A DNA stretch of 64,000 nt from the IMG/VR virus record IMGVR_UViG_3300042446_001168; one strand, 5' to 3'. The stretch comes from a virus. Shown in pieces: positions 8,993 through 16,750 of the stretch; positions within the stretch are counted from its first letter, which is position 1; each line of letters begins with the position of its first letter. The notes below the pieces were generated by a model. It saw nothing but the letters and a program-made list of their open reading frames with translations, made no database searches and was not told where the DNA came from. The translations under genes and the position numbers were made by a program.

Positions 8993-9084
8993 GCCAGCGA
9001 GACTTGGTAGTCAGAGAGGTCTTATACACCTTTTAGCGCCAGATTAGCGTTCTTGAGAGGGTTCGATCCCCTCCGCTGGTACCA
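8993..9084 (+). tRNA. Atypical tRNA with TAT (Ile AUA) anticodon, 4-nt D-loop and long variable arm
   Basis: Acceptor GCCAGCG/CGCTGGT, D arm GACT-TGGT-AGTC, anticodon arm GAGGT-CTTATAC-ACCTT, variable arm AGCGC-CAGATTA-GCGTT, T arm GAGGG-TTCGATC-CCCTC, A-CCA end. Confidence 0.8.
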
Positions 9085-9249
9085 ACATAGGAGGCAACCA
9101 AAATGGGGCTGTTACAGTGTTCTTAATAGTAATAATGCTGTTGGTATTCATCGACCGTAATTTTTAACAGTATACGTCCAAGGGTGATAAGATCAACCCT
9201 CAGTGAGTTCGCCTACTAAATAATTTATTATGAACTTTCAAAGGGAAAG

Positions 9250-10038
9250 ATGAAAAAAGTCATTCTCGCTTTGTTATTCGTGTGCAGTAATAGTTTAGCT
9301 ACAACACAATATGTTTACAATGTTTCAAAAGAGCAGGTAATTATTGATTCGGCATCAGAGGCTGTGAGACCAATAGCCAGTGTTACTAAGTTAATGACTG
9401 CTATCATTATCCTTGATAGTAGCTTGTCAATGGATGAGAAGGTCCCATACAAAGGATCTAAGCAGCTCTCTAGGAAGCCCCGCACTCGAGAAGAGTTACT
9501 CTCTCTGATGCTGATTAAAAGCGATAACAACGCGGCTGATGCATTGGCCAGCAGTGTATCTGGGGGACGGGACGTTTTCATTAGTCAAATGAATGAAAAA
9601 GCTCGGTCTCTTGGGATGGTCAATACCACATACGAAGACTCTTCCGGGCTAGGATTTCGTAATCAGAGTACTGCCAGGGATCTTGCACTGCTATTACAGC
9701 ATGCCTATAGCTACGATAAGATACGACAGGTAGCGTCGACTCAACAATACATCGTGATAGAGCCTGCAAAGAAGGTGAAGGTTAAAAGAAGTAGTAAGTT
9801 GAAGAAAAGGAAGACGTTCAGGACGTCAGGCATAATTGTAATCAACAATACCAATTACAATCTACTAGTAGACTACAAAGAGATTGAGATTTCTAAGACC
9901 GGGTTTACTAACCCAGCTGGTAAGTGTCTGGCTATGTTCCTTACTAAGCATGGAGACCACTTTGTAGTTGTGATCCTTGGTGAAAGAAATACTAGCAGCG
10001 TGCAAAAGGTTTCAAGAGGTATTATTGACCGGCTATAA
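9250..10038 (+). CDS. Serine D-alanyl-D-alanine carboxy/endopeptidase (peptidase S11, PBP7/PbpG-like)
   Basis: Signal peptide; SVTK, SDN and KTG active-site motifs. Confidence 0.9.
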   Translation: MKKVILALLFVCSNSLATTQYVYNVSKEQVIIDSASEAVRPIASVTKLMTAIIILDSSLSMDEKVPYKGSKQLSRKPRTREELLSLMLIKSDNNAADALASSVSGGRDVFISQMNEKARSLGMVNTTYEDSSGLGFRNQSTARDLALLLQHAYSYDKIRQVASTQQYIVIEPAKKVKVKRSSKLKKRKTFRTSGIIVINNTNYNLLVDYKEIEISKTGFTNPAGKCLAMFLTKHGDHFVVVILGERNTSSVQKVSRGIIDRL

Positions 10039-10041
10039 ATA
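10034..10041 (+). promoter_or_regulatory. T4-type late promoter upstream of tRNA-Thr
   Basis: TATAAATA. Confidence 0.6.
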
Positions 10042-10063
10042 AAAATAGCAGTAGAGATTATAA

Positions 10064-10139
10064 GCCGAAATAGCACAACTGGTGGTGCAGCGCACTTGTA
10101 ATGCGAAGGTTGAGGGTTCGAGTCCTTTTTTCGGCACCA
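10064..10139 (+). tRNA. tRNA-Thr(TGT)
   Basis: Cloverleaf, loop CTTGTAA, CCA end. Confidence 0.92.
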
Positions 10140-10148
10140 AAATAATGG

Positions 10149-10177
10149 TTGACTTTGTTATTATGTTGCTATATAAT
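10149..10177 (+). promoter_or_regulatory. Sigma70-type early promoter
   Basis: TTGACT-N17-TATAAT. Confidence 0.85.
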
Positions 10178-10203
10178 ATCTTTGTGGACTAGGGGAATAT
10201 TAA

Positions 10204-10563
10204 ATGCGTTTTGAGGGAATGGTGGATAAAGGTTGGGGACACGAGCTGATATGGGCCACCAATAATAAGTATTGCGGGAAGTTTCTGAACTTCAATACAG
10301 GATCTAGATTCTCTATGCATTTCCATAAAGAGAAGGATGAGACCTGGTATGTAATGAGTGGTAGGTTTATTGTAAAGAGTATTAACACAGATGATGCTGG
10401 CCAGTTTAAGAAAGAGTTAGTGGCTGGGGATGTGTGGCACAATCCACCAATGGTACCACATCAGTTGATATGTTTGGAGTCTGGTACAGTTGTAGAGGTA
10501 TCTACTCCGGATAGTGTTGAAGATAATTACAGGATAATACCTGGAGACAGTCAGAAGAAATAA
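10204..10563 (+). CDS. Cupin-fold protein (mannose-6-phosphate/lyxose isomerase-like)
   Basis: KGWGHE, SMHFH..KDETW, PH, EVSTPD...D.YR. Confidence 0.8.
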   Translation: MRFEGMVDKGWGHELIWATNNKYCGKFLNFNTGSRFSMHFHKEKDETWYVMSGRFIVKSINTDDAGQFKKELVAGDVWHNPPMVPHQLICLESGTVVEVSTPDSVEDNYRIIPGDSQKK

Positions 10564-10564
10564 A

Positions 10565-10644
10565 GCCCATGTGGTGGAATGGTAGACACGCTAGTCTTAG
10601 GAACTAGTCTTCGGGTGGGGGTTCGAGTCCCTCCATGGGCACCA
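10565..10644 (+). tRNA. tRNA-Leu(TAG)
   Basis: GCCCATG/CATGGGC acceptor, CTAGT-CTTAGGA-ACTAG anticodon arm, CCA. Confidence 0.92.
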
Positions 10645-10718
10645 GCACTCGCGTTTGTTGACCGCGTATAATAGGATAAGTTGTCAACACCGAATTTAAA
10701 TATTATGACAGGATCATT

Positions 10719-10919
10719 ATGACTATCACATTGAGTAGAACACAGATTGAGAAGCTAATTCAAATATATGAACACTTTAGCGACATTCCATCGTTCACCA
10801 TATCATTAGAAAGTGACTCTGACATGATCAACGTTGCATTTGATATGTCTACCATTCCAGAAAAGCAGAAGACTATTGTAAGGGTTGAAAAGCCTTTCAA
10901 AGCCCAATCATTCAAATAA
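10719..10919 (+). CDS. Hypothetical protein
   Basis: ORF with AGGA RBS. Confidence 0.55.
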   Translation: MTITLSRTQIEKLIQIYEHFSDIPSFTISLESDSDMINVAFDMSTIPEKQKTIVRVEKPFKAQSFK

Positions 10920-10937
10920 CTCACCTAATTATATATT

Positions 10938-11357
10938 ATGAAAACAGGATTCACTTGTTCCACCTTTGACCTATTTCATGCCGGTCACGTGTTAATGCTT
11001 AAAGAGGCCAAGCAACACTGCGATTGGCTCATTGTTGGATTACAAACAGACCCAACAATTGATCGTCCAGATACCAAGAACAAACCAATACAATCTGTGT
11101 ATGAGCGTCAAGTGCAACTACAAGGCTGCAGGTATGTTGACGAGATTATTGTATACGAAACTGAAAAAGATTTGAAGGATATGCTGTTGTCTTTACCTAT
11201 TAACATCCGTATAATTGGGGATGAGTACATGGGCAAGCAATTTACCGGCCATGATTTAGAAATTGAGATGTACTACAACTCTCGTAAGCATAGTTTTTCA
11301 ACTACAGAGTTGAGGCATCGAGTAGTTGACTCTGAACAACGAAAACTCAAATATTAA
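10938..11357 (+). CDS. Cytidylyltransferase (glycerol-3-phosphate cytidylyltransferase, TagD-like)
   Basis: TFDLFHAGH (HxGH), R.HSFSTT. Confidence 0.85.
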   Translation: MKTGFTCSTFDLFHAGHVLMLKEAKQHCDWLIVGLQTDPTIDRPDTKNKPIQSVYERQVQLQGCRYVDEIIVYETEKDLKDMLLSLPINIRIIGDEYMGKQFTGHDLEIEMYYNSRKHSFSTTELRHRVVDSEQRKLKY

Positions 11358-11361
11358 TATT

Positions 11362-11436
11362 CCGGCCATAGTACAACGGATAGTACAGGGGATTTCTACT
11401 CCCTCGATGTGGGTTCGATTCCTGCTGGCCGGACCA
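11362..11436 (+). tRNA. tRNA-Arg(TCT)
   Basis: CCGGCCA/TGGCCGG acceptor, GGGGA-TTTCTAC-TCCCT anticodon arm, CCA. Confidence 0.9.
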
Positions 11437-11444
11437 AGTTCTAC

Positions 11445-11518
11445 GCGGGATTAGTTTAATGGTAAAACTAAAGGTTTCCAACCTTTCGTCATCAGTTCGA
11501 TTCTGATATTCCGCTCCA
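11445..11518 (+). tRNA. tRNA-Gly(TCC)
   Basis: GCGGGAT/ATTCCGC acceptor, loop TTTCCAA, T73 discriminator, CCA. Confidence 0.92.
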
Positions 11519-11554
11519 AAACAACCGAATGGTTGACTGATATGGAGATATATT

Positions 11555-11677
11555 ATGTACGGATTTGTATTTGGAGTCATGGTGACTCTGGCAGTGCTTA
11601 ATCCCAGCGATACCAAGATAGTTACTGGTAAAGCTATTGATTTTATTCATGGAGTGGTGATAAATGTTGCAGACTAA
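11555..11677 (+). CDS. Small membrane protein (40 aa)
   Basis: GGAG RBS, MYGFVFGVMVTLAVL... Confidence 0.45.
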   Translation: MYGFVFGVMVTLAVLNPSDTKIVTGKAIDFIHGVVINVAD

Positions 11678-11990
11678 AATTGAGAATAAGACTAGCTGTA
11701 TATCAAAGCAGTATAATTATGTTGACTTTGATCCCTTCAAGAAGCAGCATAGAACAGCCTTTGTAGAGTTTAAACTCTCTGGCAAATGGCCTGCCAATAC
11801 AAGATTCATACTTGATCCAATGTACACCAACGTACCATCAATGATCAACCAGAAGCTTCTTGACTTCTATTTCAATCGGGATCGTGCTATACCCGAAGAC
11901 CTAAAAAAAAAATATCTAACCACAAAAAACATATATCCGATTGGCAGTATGTTGACTGACGAGGAAATGAATGACAAAGCCTATATCTGA
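11664..11990 (+). CDS. Hypothetical protein
   Basis: ORF in operon. Confidence 0.6.
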   Translation: MLQTKIENKTSCISKQYNYVDFDPFKKQHRTAFVEFKLSGKWPANTRFILDPMYTNVPSMINQKLLDFYFNRDRAIPEDLKKKYLTTKNIYPIGSMLTDEEMNDKAYI

Positions 11991-12654
11991 GCAAATTAAG
12001 TACCGGCTATTGAAAGCCAATAAGAGATTCAATGCTAGTGATAATATCTCTGAATACATTGAGGATGGAGAGTTTCCAGAATTGGTTAAAGAAGTGCAGA
12101 CCAAGTTTCAGGGAGTTCTTGAGTCTTTAGTTATTGACACTGATAATGATCCTAACTCAATGGATACGGCAAAGCGTTTAGCTAAAATGTACGTATACGA
12201 GCTCATGGCCGGACGCTATGAGAAGAAGCCTGATTGCACATCGTTCCCTAACGAAGGTGAAGGTCGTTTTGAGGGAATGCTTGTAGTGCGAGCAGAACTT
12301 CGTTCAATGTGTTCACATCACCATCAACCAGTCAAGGGTGTTGCCTATATTGGTATTATTCCAACTGGTCGAGTAATTGGTCTTTCAAAGTATGTTCGTA
12401 TTGCACAGTGGTGTGCACGTCGCGGTCAGTTGCAAGAGGAGTTAGTGAACCAGATTGCTAAAGAGATTATGCAGGCCACTGATACCGAGAATGTTGCAGT
12501 CTATATCGAAGCTACACATGGATGCATGGATAACCGAGGTGTAATGGCTCACTCATCGATGACTCAGACGTCTGCTGTACATGGTCTATTCCATAACAAT
12601 AGCGTCAAGCAAGAGTTCTTTGATAATATTAAACTTCAAGCAATGAAGTGTTGA
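11971..12654 (+). CDS. folE: GTP cyclohydrolase I
   Basis: SMCSHHHQP, GLSK..R, RGQLQE, HGCM..RGV. Confidence 0.95.
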   Translation: MTKPISEQIKYRLLKANKRFNASDNISEYIEDGEFPELVKEVQTKFQGVLESLVIDTDNDPNSMDTAKRLAKMYVYELMAGRYEKKPDCTSFPNEGEGRFEGMLVVRAELRSMCSHHHQPVKGVAYIGIIPTGRVIGLSKYVRIAQWCARRGQLQEELVNQIAKEIMQATDTENVAVYIEATHGCMDNRGVMAHSSMTQTSAVHGLFHNNSVKQEFFDNIKLQAMKC

Positions 12655-12679
12655 CTTTAATCAGTAACTATATTATTAT
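12651..12679 (+). promoter_or_regulatory. Sigma70-type promoter overlapping the folE stop codon
   Basis: TTGACT-N17-TATTAT. Confidence 0.65.
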
Positions 12680-12685
12680 AACGAT

Positions 12686-12898
12686 ATGAAAGATTTGTCT
12701 AGTTTTGCTCAAGCAGTATGGACTGCAAAAAGTGTTGAGGCTAAAAGAAGCGCAATGCTTTCTTTGCTAGGGCAGTTTCAACATAAGCAGAAGATGCAGC
12801 AGTTTGTAACCGAAGTAGAAACCACTACATCGGGTAAACGTCTCGACTTCTTGGCGGCAAATCTTTTTCTTAGAGACGGTGACCCAGTAATAAAATAA
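12686..12898 (+). CDS. Hypothetical protein
   Basis: ORF directly after promoter. Confidence 0.6.
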   Translation: MKDLSSFAQAVWTAKSVEAKRSAMLSLLGQFQHKQKMQQFVTEVETTTSGKRLDFLAANLFLRDGDPVIK

Positions 12899-12923
12899 CC
12901 TAAACTTGAATTGGAGAAATAGT

Positions 12924-13166
12924 ATGACTCAGTATGATAAATTGATGGGCTTTTTTAAATCTGGTAAAGAGATCACTGCTAAGCAAGCAGCTGGTTTGTT
13001 CAAAGTAACCAACCTCTCGGCACGTGTGTCTGAGTTGCGTGCAGAAGGTCATGCAATCTATACCAACAAGACCAAGAACGGCAAGACTGCATATCGCCTT
13101 GGTAAGCCATCGCGTGCAATGGTAGCCATTGCATATGCCTCCAGTGGCAATCAATTGTTTGCTTAA
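12924..13166 (+). CDS. Winged-helix DNA-binding protein
   Basis: ITAKQA...F.V.NLSARVSELR..G..I; GGAG RBS. Confidence 0.7.
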   Translation: MTQYDKLMGFFKSGKEITAKQAAGLFKVTNLSARVSELRAEGHAIYTNKTKNGKTAYRLGKPSRAMVAIAYASSGNQLFA

Positions 13167-13175
13167 TTGATCAAC

Positions 13176-13204
13176 AGCTAGCCCTCAGGGGCTAGCTTTT
13201 TATT
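13176..13204 (+). terminator. Rho-independent terminator
   Basis: AGCTAGCCC-TCAG-GGGCTAGCT followed by T-tract. Confidence 0.8.
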
Positions 13205-13215
13205 ATGGAGGTGTT

Positions 13216-13680
13216 ATGTTGACAACTCGGATTACTAAAAAATGGACTCCTACTCTCGTAGAGGCATTTGGTCCAGGTGTTGCTAAAGCAAGACAAGCTG
13301 AACTTATGGTTGCAGAAGCTTTTGCTAGTTGGGGGTATGAGGTATTGGACTGCGAGTCTGATATCCAGAGCCAGAAGCATGGAATTGATTTAACTATCAA
13401 ACATCCATCATGGCGCAAAGCATACTCTATAGATGTTAAATCAAATATGAATAAATATGGTACTTTTTTTGTGGAGACGTCACCTGAAGGATGGTTGCGC
13501 AACCCAAGCAAAATAAGCGATCGTATATGTCATGTCTGTGTTGACACAGGATGGATCGTGTGGTATGGTAGAGATGATATGGTTCAGTGGCTGCGTAAGA
13601 ATGGTCAATTGAAAACTGGTCTGTTTGAAGTAACCACTCGACATAAAATTAGTTTTCTCAATAAAAGGAAGATTACATAA
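13216..13680 (+). CDS. PD-(D/E)XK nuclease-like protein
   Basis: AE...GIDL...SIDVKSN...FFVE catalytic-like pattern. Confidence 0.55.
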   Translation: MLTTRITKKWTPTLVEAFGPGVAKARQAELMVAEAFASWGYEVLDCESDIQSQKHGIDLTIKHPSWRKAYSIDVKSNMNKYGTFFVETSPEGWLRNPSKISDRICHVCVDTGWIVWYGRDDMVQWLRKNGQLKTGLFEVTTRHKISFLNKRKIT

Positions 13681-14084
13681 TGATTAAGACCTCTGTTTGG
13701 ATAACTTTTCAAAAAGAGGGTGTTCACAGGTATCCAGCAGCTGCTACTGATCCTAGACTAGCGGCTGTTTCTTTTTTAGCCAATGAGCACCGTCATATAT
13801 TCCACTTCAGAGTGGATCTGCAAGTATTTCATGATGATCGAGAGATTGAATTTATTTTACTAAAGCGAGAGCTTGAAGGACTATATACTCAAGGCACTCT
13901 TCAACTCAATAATATGTCATGTGAGATGATTGCCAAGGAATTACTAGTATACATCAAACAATACCATCCACATCGAGACTGCACTATTGAAGTGAGTGAG
14001 GACAATGAGAATGGCTGCCGTCTAGTGTTTGATCACAACGATACAATCCCATTGACCTCCAACGTACTTACTGACTGGAAATAG
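13680..14084 (+). CDS. QueD paralogue, DpdL-like (putative CDG decarboxylase)
   Basis: T-fold protein with LANEHRHIF (LxxxHRHxF) instead of CxxxHGH; SCEMIA; VSEDNENG. Confidence 0.7.
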   Translation: MIKTSVWITFQKEGVHRYPAAATDPRLAAVSFLANEHRHIFHFRVDLQVFHDDREIEFILLKRELEGLYTQGTLQLNNMSCEMIAKELLVYIKQYHPHRDCTIEVSEDNENGCRLVFDHNDTIPLTSNVLTDWK

Positions 14085-14087
14085 ATT

Positions 14088-14945
14088 ATGGCTGAGTTCT
14101 GTCACATTGCCCCTATTCCTCATCTTGACCTAGTTAAGGGAGCCAGCACTCATTTGGTGCTTGCTCATTTAATTGAGCAGAGTGAGGAGTATTGTGAGTT
14201 TTACAAGAGTGAGAAGGTAGCAGGTAGTACTATCATTCTTGATAACTCCGCCTTTGAGATGTATAAGCAGCACAAGCCAATGTATGAGGTTGGTAAGTTG
14301 ATTACAATGGCTGAGAAGGTGGGAGCTGATTATGTTGTTATGTCCGATTACCCTAATACCTACTCTTCAACAACAATCCGAGCTGCAGAGGAATTGGCGC
14401 CTCAATTGAGAAAGAAGGGATTTGGTACTTTCTTTTGTCCACAGTCTCAGATTGGAGACAAGGAAGATTTGATTGATTCATTCAGATGGGCAGCAGAATC
14501 TGAATTAGTAGATTACATTGGGGTATCAATTCTTGCTATCCCTAACGCATATGGTGTTGAGCGGGGTAATAAACTCCAACGTTTTGTAAGTCGTTATATG
14601 TTCATGCAAGAGCTATACGATGACGGTATTCTGGACTTGATTAAAAGTAATGGTAAGAAGATTCACTTCTTGGGTATGTTGGATGGTCCAGGAGAAATTC
14701 GTCTAATGAACCCATACAAAGAATACATTGACACGTGGGATAGTAGTGCTGCTATCTGGTTAGGGCTGCATGCTAATTGTCACTTTGATAGTTCTCCAAC
14801 TGGACTACTTAATGGTAAGTACGAAGTCGAAGTTGATTTTAATTACAGTAACCCACAAAACAAGTTGACAGCTGTTATTAACAAGAGTATAATCAACAAC
14901 TACATTCATATGTACCTAACACCTGAGGAGCAATACATTGATTGA
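14088..14945 (+). CDS. TGT/DpdA-like deazapurine transglycosylase
   Basis: IILDNSAFE, KIHFLG and DTWDSS resemble TGT-fold motifs; deazaguanine gene context. Confidence 0.65.
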   Translation: MAEFCHIAPIPHLDLVKGASTHLVLAHLIEQSEEYCEFYKSEKVAGSTIILDNSAFEMYKQHKPMYEVGKLITMAEKVGADYVVMSDYPNTYSSTTIRAAEELAPQLRKKGFGTFFCPQSQIGDKEDLIDSFRWAAESELVDYIGVSILAIPNAYGVERGNKLQRFVSRYMFMQELYDDGILDLIKSNGKKIHFLGMLDGPGEIRLMNPYKEYIDTWDSSAAIWLGLHANCHFDSSPTGLLNGKYEVEVDFNYSNPQNKLTAVINKSIINNYIHMYLTPEEQYID

Positions 14946-15381
14946 TTACAATTACAGAGAGAATATCTACCTGGAAGATATTAAGAAGTATATTGACGGT
15001 ACCTACGGAGAGCACTATGTTGCAGATGATATTCAGGTAGTAGACATCTGGCAATCATTGGGATCGCTAGAGAGTACTGCAAGAGATACCGCAATCAAGT
15101 ATTTGTGCCGGTATGGTAAGAAAGATGGGAAGAACAAGAAAGATCTGTTGAAGGCAATTCATTACATTATCCTGATGCTGTATGCAAGCTCAGAAGATAA
15201 GAGTGAGATTAGAGATGAGGATATTACTATTAGCTTATCTTCCTCCAGGTTTGCGGGTCCAGGAGAGCCAGGAGAGCTTTATGATCATTACATATCTGAT
15301 TTGAATGGAACAATTGTCTCTGCAGATCTTACCGACTCTTATGAAAGGACAGACAAATATGATTCACGTGTTGGGCAGTAA
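14938..15381 (+). CDS. DUF3310 (SaV-like) protein
   Basis: HY...AIKYLCRYGKKDG...DLLKAIHY. Confidence 0.75.
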   Translation: MIDYNYRENIYLEDIKKYIDGTYGEHYVADDIQVVDIWQSLGSLESTARDTAIKYLCRYGKKDGKNKKDLLKAIHYIILMLYASSEDKSEIRDEDITISLSSSRFAGPGEPGELYDHYISDLNGTIVSADLTDSYERTDKYDSRVGQ

Positions 15382-15865
15382 AAGTAACTCCACTCTTACT
15401 TGCGTACAGGGAGGTGATTCACAACCCAATGCAGTTGACCTTCGCTTGGAAAAAGTGTTCATGATATCACGCGAACCGTTTGTTATTGATAACGAGCAGA
15501 AGAAGCATCGTGGTACTGTGGAGTGGATGCCAGACGAAGATGGGTGGTTCACTCTACCCGAAGGAACGTATGAGGTGGTGATGGAGAATATTATCCACGT
15601 AGGAGCTGATGAGGCTGGTTGGGTAATTACTAGATCAACGCTAAACCGTAACGGGTTGTTTATTACATCTGGCCTATACGACTCCGGTTATCATGGAGTT
15701 ATGGCTGGAGCATTGCATGTAAGTAACGGAGTAGCAAAAATTAAGAAAGGAACACGGGTAGCACAGTTCCTACTTTTCAAGGCAGAGGCACTCTCTGAAT
15801 ACAATGGATCATATGGTATCAATAGTTCACATGATCAGAAATACACAAAAGGAGTTTTACAATGA
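15359..15865 (+). CDS. Trimeric dUTPase / dCTP deaminase-fold enzyme
   Basis: QPNAVDLR, RSTLNR, SGLYDSGYHG, RVAQ. Confidence 0.85.
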   Translation: MIHVLGSKSNSTLTCVQGGDSQPNAVDLRLEKVFMISREPFVIDNEQKKHRGTVEWMPDEDGWFTLPEGTYEVVMENIIHVGADEAGWVITRSTLNRNGLFITSGLYDSGYHGVMAGALHVSNGVAKIKKGTRVAQFLLFKAEALSEYNGSYGINSSHDQKYTKGVLQ

Positions 15866-16728
15866 GTGAAGGTTTTAAATTACAAGTGAGTATTGAGGAG
15901 TTGCAAAAGCGCAAACTATTCCTTGCTGTTCCAATGTACGGTGGCCAGTGTGCTGGTATGTTTACAAGATCGGTTGCTGATCTATCTGCTGTGTGTACCA
16001 AGCATGGTATTCAGCTTCAGATGTTCTTCTTGTTTAACGAGTCCCTGATTACGCGTGCTCGTAACTACTGTGTGGATGAGTTTATGCGTTCTGGTGCTAC
16101 TCATCTAATGTTCATTGATAGTGATATTGGATTCAATCCACAAGACGTTATTGCTCTACTTGCCATGCAAGATGATGCAAGTGAGTACGATGTTATTGGT
16201 GGTCCATATCCTAAGAAGTGTATCTCATGGGAAAAGATCAAGCAAGCAGTTGATAAAGGTATGGCAGATGAGGATCCTAACAAGCTGGAGAAGTATGTTG
16301 GAGACTATGTGTTCAACCCAAAGACTACTCAACGGGAGATCCCTCTCAACCAACCAGTAGAAGTTCTTGAGCTTGGTACTGGCTTTATGATGATTCGTCG
16401 CAAGACAATTGAGGACTATCACAAAGCATTCCCGCATCAGTGGTACAAGCCAGACCATGTGCGTACAGAACACTTTGACGGTACACGAGAGATCATGGCT
16501 GTATTTGATTGCATCATTGATCCAGAATCTAAGCGTTATCTGTCAGAAGACTATATGTTCTGCTACAATGTTCAGAAGATGGGTGGTAAAGTGTTCCTAT
16601 GTCCTTGGATGCAACTGCAACACGTTGGTAGTTATGTGTTTGGTGGGTCATTGGCTGACCTGGCGTCTATTGGAGCATCTGCTACAGCTGACACTGAAAA
16701 ATTGAAGCACAAGATTAAAAAGAAGTAA
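15862..16728 (+). CDS. GT-A fold glycosyltransferase-like protein
   Basis: ESLITRARN, FIDSDI (DxD), GTGFM, YLSEDYMFC. Confidence 0.75.
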   Translation: MSEGFKLQVSIEELQKRKLFLAVPMYGGQCAGMFTRSVADLSAVCTKHGIQLQMFFLFNESLITRARNYCVDEFMRSGATHLMFIDSDIGFNPQDVIALLAMQDDASEYDVIGGPYPKKCISWEKIKQAVDKGMADEDPNKLEKYVGDYVFNPKTTQREIPLNQPVEVLELGTGFMMIRRKTIEDYHKAFPHQWYKPDHVRTEHFDGTREIMAVFDCIIDPESKRYLSEDYMFCYNVQKMGGKVFLCPWMQLQHVGSYVFGGSLADLASIGASATADTEKLKHKIKKK

Positions 16729-16750
16729 TCCTCAACAAGGGAACTACATT

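Noticed and set aside
9103-9167. RBS plus ATG after the atypical tRNA giving only MGLLQCS*; one extra G would give a 21-aa hydrophobic peptide
   Set aside because: Too short to support; may be a homopolymer error or chance
10656-10689. Inverted repeat TGTTGAC...GTCAACA enclosing TATAAT after tRNA-Leu
   Set aside because: -35/-10 spacing is wrong on both strands, and a 7-bp repeat alone does not justify calling an element
11362-11436. CTA in the anticodon loop, suggesting an amber suppressor or recoded genome
   Set aside because: The 7-nt loop TTTCTAC centres on TCT (Arg); TAG ends genes normally and core genes are intact in code 11
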